NCBI GenBank assembly: GCA_950097015.1
Contig: CATNEN010000003.1
Span: 10,168,001 to 10,232,000, forward strand
DNA from: Macrostomum hystrix
Lineage: Eukaryota; Animalia; Platyhelminthes
DNA: 64,000 bases
Direction: 5' to 3'
Program-made: the position numbers and the translations under genes
Notes under the pieces: model-generated
Seen by the model: only the letters and a program-made list of their open reading frames with translations
What the model was told of the DNA's origin: nothing
Databases searched by the model: none
In this document: piece by piece, positions 26,701 to 39,483 of the stretch
How positions within the stretch are numbered: the first letter of the stretch is position 1
Layout: each line of letters starts with the position of its first letter

Positions 26701-27594
26701 TTAGGTGAGTAAGGACTTTGTTGAATTGGAATTTTGGCACATGAGCGTCTTAGTACATCTAGAATTGCGAAATTAAAACTCTCAAAGGAGTTGCTGCAAA
26801 AGATAACGGAAGTTCGAATCTATTAAACCCATCGGTATTTTGTCTAGACATGGACAATCAGACAGCACTAGTTACATAGTCTAATTAGAATCTTAAAAAA
26901 TATCGTGTCGTAAAGAAAGAGAAGTACAAAGGTACTTTAAGCTACTATCTGCTAGGCTAGCCAAAAATATTGTAATTATAATGCTAAACACATTTTACGA
27001 CTTCGGACTGGGATCAGTTTTCAAGAACAAACGTAAATGCAGAAATGGAGAGTGCATTGCAAAACTCGCACACACTAACACAATGAGACATAAATATACA
27101 ATAGATCGGCTATTCCAAGAAGAAAAACTCATTTAAACCAAAATCTTAATTTCAGGCTTCAAACTAACTAGATGCGGGCAGTATTGTTTGAATAGATATT
27201 CAACACAATAGGAAAATTCATGGCATTAAATAGCATTGTCCACAAGAAGCCATTGTCCAGTAGAGTCACATTTCAAGCACAAATAGGCTTCTTACTGGTC
27301 AAATTTATTTAATTTCTCATACTGAGAACTATATTCTCTAGCAATAGAACTAGATCTAAAGTGGTCAAAAGCACACGATTAGACACTTTAGGGTCTTTAT
27401 CACCAGTAGAACTAACCATAAAATATCACAGCCATTTAAGAATGCACTAACGATACTACTTACAACAAGATTTAGAGAAGAATCCTTGCCAACTTCATAT
27501 AAAGCAATAAAGAATGACACAAAAATATTCATAACATCTAGTTGTAGAATAGGCCAGATAGAACAGTTACTCTACACAGGCATACACTCACACA

Positions 27595-27785
27595 GGTGTG
27601 TACATCTGCCCTGACTTTCTTATCGTCCTCAAGGTTGGCCCTCAAGGGCGTAAATTGCACGACAAGCCCCCAAGCCTTCTCTCCGCGGCTGAGCCCCAAA
27701 TAAATGTGACCTCGCCGTGGAATCGAACTTAGGGACCGTGGTGCGAGAGGCAAACGCAATAACCGCTCTGCCACCGACCCCCAAA
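27595..27785 (-). mobile_element. tRNA-derived SINE family A, near full length
   Basis: Minus strand ggggtcggtggcagagcgg (A box) ... gttcgattcc (B box), then a body shared with other copies in the window. Confidence 0.82.
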
Positions 27786-30700
27786 ACATGGCCAATGCAA
27801 TTATTCTGATTTGTCACTGAAGATAGCATTGTGTTGAGGCTAAAATCTACACCACCAATGTTACATGCTGTGACTTAGTTCAGGGAGATAAAGGAGAAAA
27901 TGGAAGCCAAAGCCAGGCAATAAGCTGTCACCTAGACTGCACTCTGAACAGAAACAAAGTCAGTAAGTGCATAAACACTAGAATTTCAAGTCATGGTTGA
28001 GAGGAATAACAACGAAAGTGAAAGGATTTTGATTCCTGCTATAACTGTGTAACAATACCCATACTGGACAAAATTGCTGGCCACCCTTGGTTACCAACAT
28101 TAATGCACTCAAAAATCATGCAGTATATATTATATTCATTAATAATTAGCTAAAGAAATTTTAATAAAACCACACCAACAGATACTAGATATTTACTGTA
28201 CCTAAAGAATGAAGCAAGCTACACAGTCCAAAAATGAACAAATTATTTGGACTAGATTGGCTCCAAAGTGTCAAAACAAAATTCTATATATAAATTTGAT
28301 GTAAATCCAAATATCAACTCAGAAGATTTGATATATTTTGCACTTCAATGCAGTTCCAATGCTATCTGACTATCTAACAACTGCAGTGTTTAACTGTAAA
28401 TTAAATTGAATGTCTAGATCATGCTAAGTGTATGCCAGAAAAAAATTGAAAGCTAGAGCAAGCAATAAAATGTTTATTTTGCACACGAAAAAGTAAAATA
28501 TAGCTCAGTATTGCATGATTAAACAGCCAACAGGCTAAAAAATGATAATGATATGCTCGTAAATGTCCAAAAGGCAGCAAAACATTTGAATATTTTCTCT
28601 TGCCAACAAACTTAAACACTTACTATTAGTGCTACTGCTATACATTATTAATCACATTGTCCTTAAACACAAAGTGTAGATATTGAAAATTATGTATGAG
28701 GAAATTGCATGCCGATTTTGGTAAGCAACCTCTTCATTACTAGATAAGTGCTTGTCTAACTGTTTATTTTTATTTTTTAGTAGTTACAAATTGCATCATA
28801 TGTTGTAATTATGCAATGTGGTATATTTTATACCATATGTCATATTTGGTTGCTGCCTAGTGCCCAAGCAGAATGCTAGTTAAGTTTTTGGAATTGGGCC
28901 TGCTACTGCAATTGCATTGTTGCATTGTACCTAGCCTTTTTAAGGAGGGGAGGATGGTATGCTGCCATTTTTGCTGTCTTTTTCACTTCTTGCAATCTTT
29001 CTATCTCTGTCTTGTGTGCATTCTTTCTCTTAACATCCTACAAAACCCAATTTTTATTGATTGCTTCATCAGTTAGCACAACCCTTAATTGATTGTTGTC
29101 AATTAACCCCTGTTTTGTTGTCTTTATGCCCTAGATTTTTATATATGCCTACCCAGCTATATCTAGATATGTCCAGCTGACTAGTTACTTAGCCCCACTA
29201 AGCTTGTCAGTCGACCTCTTACAAAGACTGTTTTAATCAGTGCAAATAAATGTGACCCATTGGCTACCATTGAATCAGTTGAGACACTATGAGTGTTTTA
29301 ATAAATATATCAGTTTAAGTTTTACTTTAACTGATAATAAATGACTATGAATCTGATTATGAAGCCAATTAACAATCTAACAATAATGGAGATAATAGCA
29401 AGTTGATACAATTCAGTTTTTCTGATATAATAACACCATAAGAACACCAAGCTAAGGCCAATGCAAGTGGATCTACTTCCACTTCTTTCAGCCACTACAA
29501 CTGCAATCAGCTGAAAAAAGAGATTTGGCACAGGGTGGCTGATCACCTGTCTCTGTAAAAAAGTTAGGACTAGCAAAACTATGAAACTCTAGTTTATGAA
29601 TTCTGGAAATCTAACTGCTCCAGTCTTCTAGAGCTAGCTAAGCTTGCCAAAAATGGAAACCTGAACACCACTAGCCAGAGGCTAGTCCCTAATAGAGCGA
29701 ATTTAAAAAAACTGTGGACACTCCTGCTAGGCGCGCAGGTGCGCAGTTGGTTTCAAGAAAAGAATGCAAATCCGCAATTGCTATATATCTTCAGTCTGAC
29801 TCAATGTAGTAATTGATTTCATGAAAAAATGTCAAAAGAACTTTTTTGATCTCTGTAGTGTATTTCTATAATTAGAACAGAACAGCTAAGGTTGTCTTTT
29901 CATACTCGGGCACTGCAGAGCAACGGCGCACTGTTTGTTATATATCTACATACTTATGACAACTTTACATACACAAGGCATGGCTGCGCGGACAGGAATT
30001 TTTTTCTGTGTAGCCACACAAGCAATTCTTCACAAGAATTGCGCCAGATGCTGTCTGCAAAAACCCCTAGGCCTATTGGCTCCAATAGGGAGGCTAGTGT
30101 GGAGTATTTTTCTTAGAAACCAGCAAATATGGGCAGGGAATCTGACATTTTAGGACTTCTTCATTTGTCTAAAAAAGTTATTTCATTCGAATTATGTTAT
30201 AAGAATGTTATTAGAATTAGAACATATTATTTTATTATGAGTTAGGCCCTAATAAACTGCCAGATCTGAACTGTCTGCAAGTTTTTGAAACTACACACTG
30301 AGCCAAAAGTACGCTGCAATGGCTCTCCCGCCCCTAGGAAAGTGGGCGGGACCAGCAAAGCTAGCTTATGTTAGGCCTAGTCTTGGTAGGCCTAGACAAG
30401 ATAAAATATTAACTGTCACTATATCTATATGGTAAGCCTAGCCATTCACATATTGTTGGAATTTTAAAGATAGCAATCTTGATATATACTTGATATGTAT
30501 TATTATTAATAACTAAGTAGTATAATATTATATTTAAAAAATTAATATAGCTCATGCCTATACTTTTTTCTACATAGAGGCTATGTTACCTATAGATGCC
30601 GATGTGGCTATGTCTATGTCTAACTGATGTCTATGACAACAACAGATTTAGATAACAACATTTATATAGACACAGCACACAGTCCTGAAGTGCTTACACG

Positions 30701-31710
30701 TGTTAGACATAAATATATATATATACGGGTCATCTTCTCGTCTTTCTATTCATCAGTTGACAATTAGCTTGATAATTTTTCATTATATGAATTAGCAGCT
30801 CGACGTGTTATAAATTTTCGGAAGAGTTTAACTTTAAACATATGGCAGCGTGGCCAATAAATTTTAACAAAAGCTTAAGAGCGTTTTCGCAATAGAGGAC
30901 TGAGCATCTAGAGACGTGATTAAAAATATTGGTAATATAACAGTCTATCTCTACATGCTTAGCTCAGTAACTTGTCAAGCAGCTTGATATTTCTTTACTT
31001 CTCTTAATTCACTTTCGTATATTCAAGGTGCTTAATATTTTTACTTTATTTTTTATGGTCGCTCGAAATCAATTTCCGCATCAATAGTGAACCAAATGAG
31101 AAGGGCCACTGGTTGTTAGTACTTAAAGTAATTAGTCTACTTTAGTAGTTCTTGTATAACGATTGAACAAAATGTACTTGTAATTAGATAATCTTACGTA
31201 TTTATATATTACCTAAAGATGATCTAATGTACATTGAAAGCTGAAATATTGGCATGTCGATCGCGGACCGCGGTAGAGATAGTAGTAGTCGCAGTAGAGG
31301 TAGTAGAGTTAGTGGTACGAGTGGCTGGATGAAGAAGATGAAGTTCTTTCATACATTTAATGATTTTATAAAATATCCATTCTTTAAACGATTTACTAAA
31401 ACATGAAAATGTATGAAATTACGTGGTTTTTCGAAACAATAATTGTTTATAAAAATCAAAGTCTAATAAAAAAATGCTGACAATCACAAAACCGTGATTA
31501 GTTCTAGTTTTTTTTAATGCTTAGCTGCGTGGTTACGCATACTGCAGCTGCAAGGTGAAATGATCTAAATCATTTTTATGAAGTCATCTCTATTTATTGG
31601 AAACTTGCCGACAAAAAAACAGAACCTTTAGAACTTACATAATTGCGCTACTATAAGTAATCAGATGGGTAATGCGATTCTTATTGCTGACGTAAGTCTA
31701 TAAATATGAT

Positions 31711-31834
31711 CAGTGGCGGCGCAGGGGGGGGGGCGGGGGGGGCGGGCTGCCCCCGGGTGACCACCCCTCACCACCCTCAGGGGGTGACCACCCAACCACC
31801 GCCCCCCGCAGCTGGAGGTCCTGCGCCGCCACTG
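31711..31834. mobile_element. hAT-like MITE, 124 bp
   Basis: 15-bp perfect TIR cagtggcggcgcagg/cctgcgccgccactg; exact 8-bp TSD aatatgat at 31703-31710 and 31835-31842. Confidence 0.9.
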
Positions 31835-32472
31835 AATATGATAAGCATCTGTAAGTTTCAAAAAGCTTTTGTGATTGCTAATTTGCTTCCGTGATTTGAG
31901 ACTGCATGCTTTCCGTATAGTGTAGAATTAGCTATTTGATCTGATTTCGCTAATCCATGCGACAACTACAAAAGCCTTCTGAATGCATTCGAAATTCCAA
32001 ATTTCGCGGGGTCATTTTGATAGCTCGATCGATCTGCACACAAATTAAATATGTGATATTAATTGTCATATAGTCATATTTAGCCCATGTGAAATAACAT
32101 TAGAGTGCAGTTGCATGTGAGTTATGAGGTATTAACTCTGCCATAAATTATTTTGTTATTACTACTATTACTACTACTACTATTTGTTACTACTATATTA
32201 ACTAACATTCTTCACTACTCGGAGTGAAAGTTTCGTTAAGGCAATTCTCCTCAGTTTACTAATGAGCGGATGACGTAATAATCACTAATACCCCAGTGCA
32301 TTGTGAAATGCAGCGAGTGGCCTCACTTTTGAGTTAATTATATAACATCCTAAAAGTTATTGGTAAAATATATACAGTCTATTATTCTTTAAAACTAATC
32401 AGTTTAAGTTCACTGAACCAGCCTCAACAAAATAGCCAGCAATTATCAAATCCGTAAAATCGGCTGCAAGAA

Positions 32473-34710
32473 TCAAGCACGCTCTGTTGTAGCCACCATC
32501 TGCAAATCGTGTCGCCCGCTTCGCTTGGCGCAGCACGCAGCAGTCGGCATTCGCATGCCCTCCATGTCGGCGATGCTGTCCGGCATGAGCCGTTTGTGCG
32601 TCTCGGGCAGCAACAGCAGTAGCAGGCCCGAGGCGACACAGAAACCGCCGTAGAAAAAGTTGGGCAAAGTTGGAAAACCGCTGGCTAGCAGGTTGGTCAG
32701 CTCTGGGGCCAGTGTCTGACCCAGTCGCATTGCCTGTTGGTTCAATGATTCGGTTACAATTATATGTATCAGTATAGCACTACAAGAATCAAGAAGGCTG
32801 AGTTATTCAAGGATTCGGACACAGTAAAGTGCACTTTTTTACCATGAAAATAAGGGGCCGTGTGGGGGGTCGGAGCGGTTAACGCTTTTGCCTCTCGCGC
32901 CAAGGTCCCTAAGTTCGATTCCGCGGCGAGGCGACATTTATTTAGGGCGCAGCATCGGAAAAAGGGCTGAAATTGGCCATTTTTTGGGGGAATCCTAATT
33001 GGGTACTAAAATTAATAGCTCTGAAAAGATAACTTCATTTATTTCTTGTACTTTTACAGATCTGTAAGGGTGTTAGGCCTACGATTTTTTCGTGTCTATA
33101 GCACTTTTAAGCTTGTATTATAGTCGTAAAATCCACAGATCCGTAGACTTGTTCCATTAACAATAGAAAGACCTCTCGCTCTCTATAATATTATACTACA
33201 TGAAGAGGGTAAACATGTATCTAACACTTTGAAAAGAAATCCTAAGTTGGAAAACAGAAATAAAAGTATACCTGAGAAGCCATGATGAAGGATGTAGCTC
33301 GAATGTTGGTCGGCAGACTCTCTGAGCCGTAAATGAGCACAATGCTAAATGAAACGGTGATCAGAAACTTGGACAGCAATGCGCAGGCGCTCCTGGCACC
33401 GAAGGTGACAAACTCCGGCTGAGGCACGTACGGCACCAGGATTAACAGCAGACCGGCCGGGATTAGCAGCAGCATGTTGCTGAGGCGCCTACCACAACGA
33501 TCAGTTAGCAACCAGGCTAGAAAGGCGGCGGGCAGCTCCAGGGCTCCGGAGATCACCACATTCAGATAGGGATTCTTTGTAATGAAATCACGTCGAAACG
33601 AAGATGAGAAGTAGGACATGGCGTTGGCCACAAACAGAATCGTGAACGCAATCTCAATGCTGAGGTACTTGGCCTGACACAGACTCTCCTTGGGCAGAAG
33701 CTGAGACAGGCGCTGACTGCTGCACTGCTTCTGGCGCTGACCATGTTTTGTCTTGACTTCTGTCCGTGGCTCCTCGGAGAGTTCGCGCAGCTCTTCCTTG
33801 ACAATGTCTGACTCGTCGGTGAAGTCATCGACTTTCATAGCTTCAACAGCGCTTGGATCAAGGCCGTGCCGATTGAACAGACGAAGCAGGCTGGCTTGAG
33901 CTGCTGACTGACGACCACTGGCGAACAGCCATTTCGGAGACTCGACTAGCGACCAGGGGTAGCTCAAGTATCCTGTGGCTGAATTAGGATGAGCTGGTTT
34001 TCTTGGAATCATGGCGTCGCTAAATTTAGAGTTCTAAAGTGCAATAATGTCAGTGTACTCGTGACAAAGCTGATTACTCTACGAGGGGAGCGAGTGGCTG
34101 AGCGGTACTGCGTAAGAAATTTCGCGCTAAAGTCCCCGAGCTTGACTCGATTTGCTTACCTATGGTTATGGTTTAGATAACCAGATAACCAGTTTAGATA
34201 TTGCTTACCTATGGTTACGGCCACAATCGCAATCTGAATTCGCCAATTCATCACCAGGTAGGCAATGACACCAGATGCTGCATAGCCAAGTACCCACAAG
34301 ATCCAGTAGAAATTGCCGTGAAGGCCGTGATAATCTTCAGCAATGAGCTCAGTTAGGAAGGCTACTCCGGTTAGTACAGCAGGTGAGCCGAAGCCCATGA
34401 AGAATCTGAGCACCATCTGGGCCTTGAGGCTGCGAACAAAGATCACTAGAACGGTGCTGGCTAAATCGATGTAGACGAAGAGGATGAACGGCAACTTCCG
34501 GCCGAATGCGTCGGACAGCGGAGCGAAGAAGCAGCTGACAAAAATTCCCGCCTGTGTTTAGCGATTGGAAATGGACCAGGACTGAGTTAAACTGGAATAA
34601 CACAGATTTTCTACTGTAAAAGTGTTTTTTAGAGGTTTTCTCTGACATAAATAAATGTCCTTTGAACACAAGAAAGACCACACTATTCTATTCAATTCCA
34701 CACTACATCA

Positions 34711-34741
<31 letters not shown>

Positions 34742-35247
34742 TGGTTAAAAATGGAAAAAAAACCAATCAACAAAAAATTTGAATGCTAAGCTCTCACCTG
34801 CATGATGGTCTGCATTCTATCAGCCAGGTAAGCTCTGTCGCAAACAAAGTCGTACTCCATCAGCATGTTGTGCCTGCCAGCCTCAGTCGGTGAATAAGTC
34901 CACGCTTGGCAGGGAACGCGACTTGACGTCGCGTTCTCGTTGCTTAGCAACGGAGCCAAGCGATTCGCTCCATCTCTGACAAACTTTGGCGTGAAACATT
35001 TGAAATCCGAAATTGAGAAATTGGCTTCGGGTGAGATTTGAGTGACGTTGAGACTCGACCAGGCTATGGTTACATTGTCAACGATTGCCTGAGCACAATG
35101 AAATGGCACTTCGGCGGTTGCCAAGTTTAGAATGAAAATGTCAAACGCAGCTTTCATTGTGACATAGGATAGCAGCATAGTCATTGACCAGCGATACACT
35201 GGACTGGCCTGGGATAGCTGGGCGATGAAAGTCGATACCTCAGACAT
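32473..35247 (-). CDS. SLC22/organic cation transporter-like MFS protein; exons 35247-34798, 34551-34209, 33972-33272, 32733-32473
   Basis: Cys-containing luminal loop with C..W.Y and EYDFVCDR; LSDAFGRK; VESPKWL; TDRCGRR; ESLPTNIRA; LLPETH; GT/AG phases are consistent. Confidence 0.92.
32857..32970 (+). mobile_element. tRNA-derived SINE family A, 5' part (SLC22 intron)
   Basis: gggtcggagcggttaacgcttttgcctctcgcgccaaggtccctaagttcgattccgcggcgagg. Confidence 0.78.
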
Positions 35248-35705
35248 GTTCCTTTGCGGCTGGCGATTCTACAAGGAGAATTTCCCGATCCGTTTATGTT
35301 TTCATTGCTTCTGTACTCACCAGCAATTGCAGTGAAAAGATTACGTTTTTTCCATAGGGAAAACCCACTGAATATACTTCACTATAGCTCCAAAAACGAA
35401 TGACCGATTTTCGTGAAAGTCCACCATATTAATTTTAACTTTTCGCCCCTTACAATGAACTAACTTTCAAGGCCGTCCAATGTCAACATCGGCGAGATAT
35501 TCTGCGATTCTTGTCAAAGACCCTCGTGCCAAGGACAACGAACATTGCTCGATCTGTATCAACATTCTATGGCGTATTACAATAACAATAAATTATATAT
35601 AATAATGCCCTTCGAATAATAAATAATGACATAATAGCTGTAATATAATCAGAAATAATAGTAATACTAACGACACCGTTACATGATAAAATTATATTGG
35701 TAGTT

Positions 35706-37135
35706 TATGCCACCAGACACCCCGACGAGATTATGCCACCAGACACCCCGACGAGATTATGCCACCGGACACCCCGACGAGATTATGCCACCAGACACCC
35801 CGACGAGATTATGCCACCAGACACCCCGACGAGATTATGCCACCAGACACCCCGACGAGATTATGCCACCGGACACCCCGACGAGATTATGCCACCGGAC
35901 ACCCCGACGAGATTATGCCACCGGACACCCCGACGAGATTATGCCACCAGACACCCCGACGAGATTATGCCACCGGACACCCCGACGAGATTATGCCACC
36001 GGACACCCCGACGAGATTATGCCACCGGACACCCCGACGAGATTATGCCACCAGACACCCCGACGAGATTATGCCACCGGACACCCCGACGAGATTATGC
36101 CACCGGACACCCCGACGAGATTATGCCACCAGACACCCCGACGAGATTATGCCACCAGACACCCCGACGAGATTATGCCACCAGACACCCCGACGAGATT
36201 ATGCCACCGGACACCCCGACGAGATTATGCCACCAGACACCCCGACGAGATTATGCCACCAGACACCCCGACGAGATTATGCCACCGGACACCCCGACGA
36301 GATTATGCCACCGGACACCCCGACGAGATTATGCCACCGGACACCCCGACGAGATTATGCCACCGGACACCCCGACGAGATTATGCCACCAGACACCCCG
36401 ACGAGATTATGCCACCGGACACCCCGACGAGATTATGCCACCGGACACCCCGACGAGATTATGCCACCAGACACCCCGACGAGATTATGCCACCAGACAC
36501 CCCGACGAGATTATGCCACCAGACACCCCGACGAGATTATGCCACCAGACACCCCGACGAGATTATGCCACCAGACACCCCGACGAGATTATGCCACCAG
36601 ACACCCCGACGAGATTATGCCACCAGACACCCCGACGAGATTATGCCACCGGACACCCCGACGAGATTATGCCACCGGACACCCCGACGAGATTATGCCA
36701 CCGGACACCCCGACGAGATTATGCCACCAGACACCCCGACGAGATTATGCCACCAGACACCCCGACGAGATTATGCCACCAGACACCCCGACGAGATTAT
36801 GCCACCAGACACCCCGACGAGATTATGCCACCAGACACCCCGACGAGATTATGCCACCAGACACCCCGACGAGATTATGCCACCAGACACCCCGACGAGA
36901 TTATGCCACCGGACACCCCGACGAGATTATGCCACCGGACACCCCGACGAGATTATGCCACCGGACACCCCGACGAGATTATGCCACCAGACACCCCGAC
37001 GAGATTATGCCACCGGACACCCCGACGAGATTATGCCACCAGACACCCCGACGAGATTATGCCACCAGACACCCCGACGAGATTATGCCACCGGACACCC
37101 CGACGAGATTATGCCACCAGACACCCCGACGAGAA
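35706..37135. repeat. 26-bp highly homogeneous minisatellite
   Basis: gagattatgccacc(a/g)gacaccccgac; only one variable site. Confidence 0.98.
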
Positions 37136-38133
37136 TCATTGAACATCTTGACAATGCCGAATTTCGTTGATTCCATAGAAATCATTTCATCGGAAAGAGC
37201 GGAAAATTTTCATGGGGATTGGATAACAAAAAATCTCAATGGAAACTTACCGATTGCAAATACTCAATGGACGAGTATATGCTGCCGAGTGTACCTCGAA
37301 TGTACTTTTATTTAAACTATCAAACACACCTACAAAATTCAATGCGAAGTGCTGATTCTGCTTAGTGCGCAGTCTCTGACGAGCCAATTTATACAGTTTC
37401 ACACCTGACTTTAAAATAATTTAGAAATCGGCTAAACAGTGCTTAAAACATGATTGAAAGCTGACACCTGACAATCACAAACACGCGACAACAATTTGGT
37501 CTGATTATGTATGTCAAGTAAACTTTGCTTCTAGTAGCAGCAAACTGAAATCTAATACTTGATTCGTATTTTGGCCTCTATAAATTATACAGAAGATTGG
37601 CTGAAGTATAGGAATTTTAGGCGCAACAAATGAGATTTGCTGCTTTGAATTCTTACTTAAAATCCAAGACACAAAGCTAGCGTGTGATATAAGCAAGATT
37701 AGCACTAAAACAATGTCAAAAACGTTTTATCAATTTTCCACTAGCCACAATACCTTTGCTTGCATTGGGTTCCCCGATAAGGACGCCAATTGAACCGGTT
37801 GCAAGCTTCTACTAATCACTAGACCTCAATGCAGTACTAGCTCGGATTATCTACAGTACGAGAAAAATATATCTCTTTAGAAATCTAACTGCTAGCGAGA
37901 TTCGATATAGCATATACGAGCTAGCATGAAGCCATTCTTGAGTTCCGAGTGTAGATAACTACACTACCACGACATATTGTTTTTCAGCTAAAATATCATT
38001 TAATCAAGTTAGATTATTGCCCAGTCTCGTAGACTACTTATAGTAGATTTAGAGAGCATGAACACAAATATGCATGCTCAGCTAATGCTGTAACTCAAGT
38101 TATAAAAATAAAAGGAATTTAGAATTGTAATAT

Positions 38134-38345
38134 TGCGCGGCGCACCTGAAGGCTGCGTACAGCTGTCAGTCCATGGACTGTTGAGACGCGTCACACTGCA
38201 CCATCAATCACCTCAGCTAATGCTGAAGCAATTCAGAGGTAAGTGTCTTGCTAAAGGGAATCGAACCCCCGATCTTCTATTAACTCAAAGAAAATATTCA
38301 AAGAAATTTTACTCTATCGTGGGTCCGGCACTCTAACTACACGGC
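38134..38345 (-). mobile_element. Degenerate CORE-like SINE family B
   Basis: gcgcggcgcacctgaaggctgcgtacagctg...aagtgtcttgctaaag...gaatcgaacccccga matches 13430-13620. Confidence 0.7.
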
Positions 38346-38629
38346 TAAAAATCCTATTTTTTAAGTAGAGTAAAATTTCTTTCAATGAGCCGTTCTTTTA
38401 AAATCAGCTCTTCAGTAGCTCTTTAGTAAAAGCTTTTGCGAGTGTATATTTTGTTTTAAACTAACGTTTTCACTCTTTTTTTTATTCAAAAATGTTATAA
38501 AAAGAACAAATAGTTTTCCAGCATTTCCTAGGTTATAATGTAAATCTGAGCCCCGGAAAAACTTTTTTACGCTCCGTTGCACTACTCATGCTCTCTATTC
38601 CCGTCACTCTCCTAATCTTCTTCCTCCCC

Positions 38630-39340
38630 CTCGCTGTCTTCCCTCTCCCTCTGTCTTCCCTCACTTCCGTCTGTCTTCTCTCTCCCCCTCTTTGTCTTCC
38701 CTCACTCCCGTCTGTCTTCCCTCACTCCCGTCTGTCTCCCCTCACTCTCGTCTGTCTTCCCTCACTCCCGTCTGTCTTCCCTCACTCCCGTCTGTCTTCC
38801 CTCATTCCCGTCTGTCTTCCCTCACTTCCGTCTGTCTTCTCTCTCCCCCTCTTTGTCTTCCCTCACTCCCGTCTGTCTTCCCTCACTCCCGTCTGTCTTC
38901 CCTCACTCCCGTCTGTCTTCCCTCACTCCCGTCTGTCTTCCCTCACTCCCGTCTGTCTTCCCTCACTCCCGTCTGTCTTCCCTCACTCCCGTCTGTCTTC
39001 CCTCACTCCCGTCTGTCTTCCCTCACTCCCGTCTGTCTTCCCTCACTCCCGTCTGTCTTCCCTCACTTCCGTCTGTCTTCCCTCACTCCCGTCTGTCTTC
39101 CCTCACTCCCGTCTGTCTTCCCTCACTCCCGTCTGTCTTCCCTCACTCCCGTCTGTCTTCCCTCACTCCCGTCTGTCTTCCCTCACTCCCGTCTGTCTTC
39201 CCTCACTCCCGTCTGTCTTCCCTCACTCCCGTCTGTCTTCCCTCACTCCCGTCTGTCTTCCCTCACTCCCGTCTGTCTTCCCTCACTCCCGTCTGTCTCC
39301 CCTCACTCCCGTCTGTCTTCCCTCACTCCCGTCTGTCTTC
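38630..39340. repeat. 20-bp pyrimidine-rich minisatellite
   Basis: ccctcactcccgtctgtctt array. Confidence 0.95.
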
Positions 39341-39483
39341 ACACTTCAACTTTTTTATCTCTCCTCCTCCTTTTCTATCTCTTCTCCCCTCTGCTCCAAG
39401 ATTATTATGCACTGACCAGACGGTCTGGCAAAGCGTCAGCTACGCTGATTCATCTCAAATCTAGCAACACAACATGTACTTTC

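Noticed and set aside
35697-37315. Long 481-518 aa ORFs in all three plus-strand frames
   Set aside because: Translation of a stop-free 26-bp satellite; periodic and open in every frame
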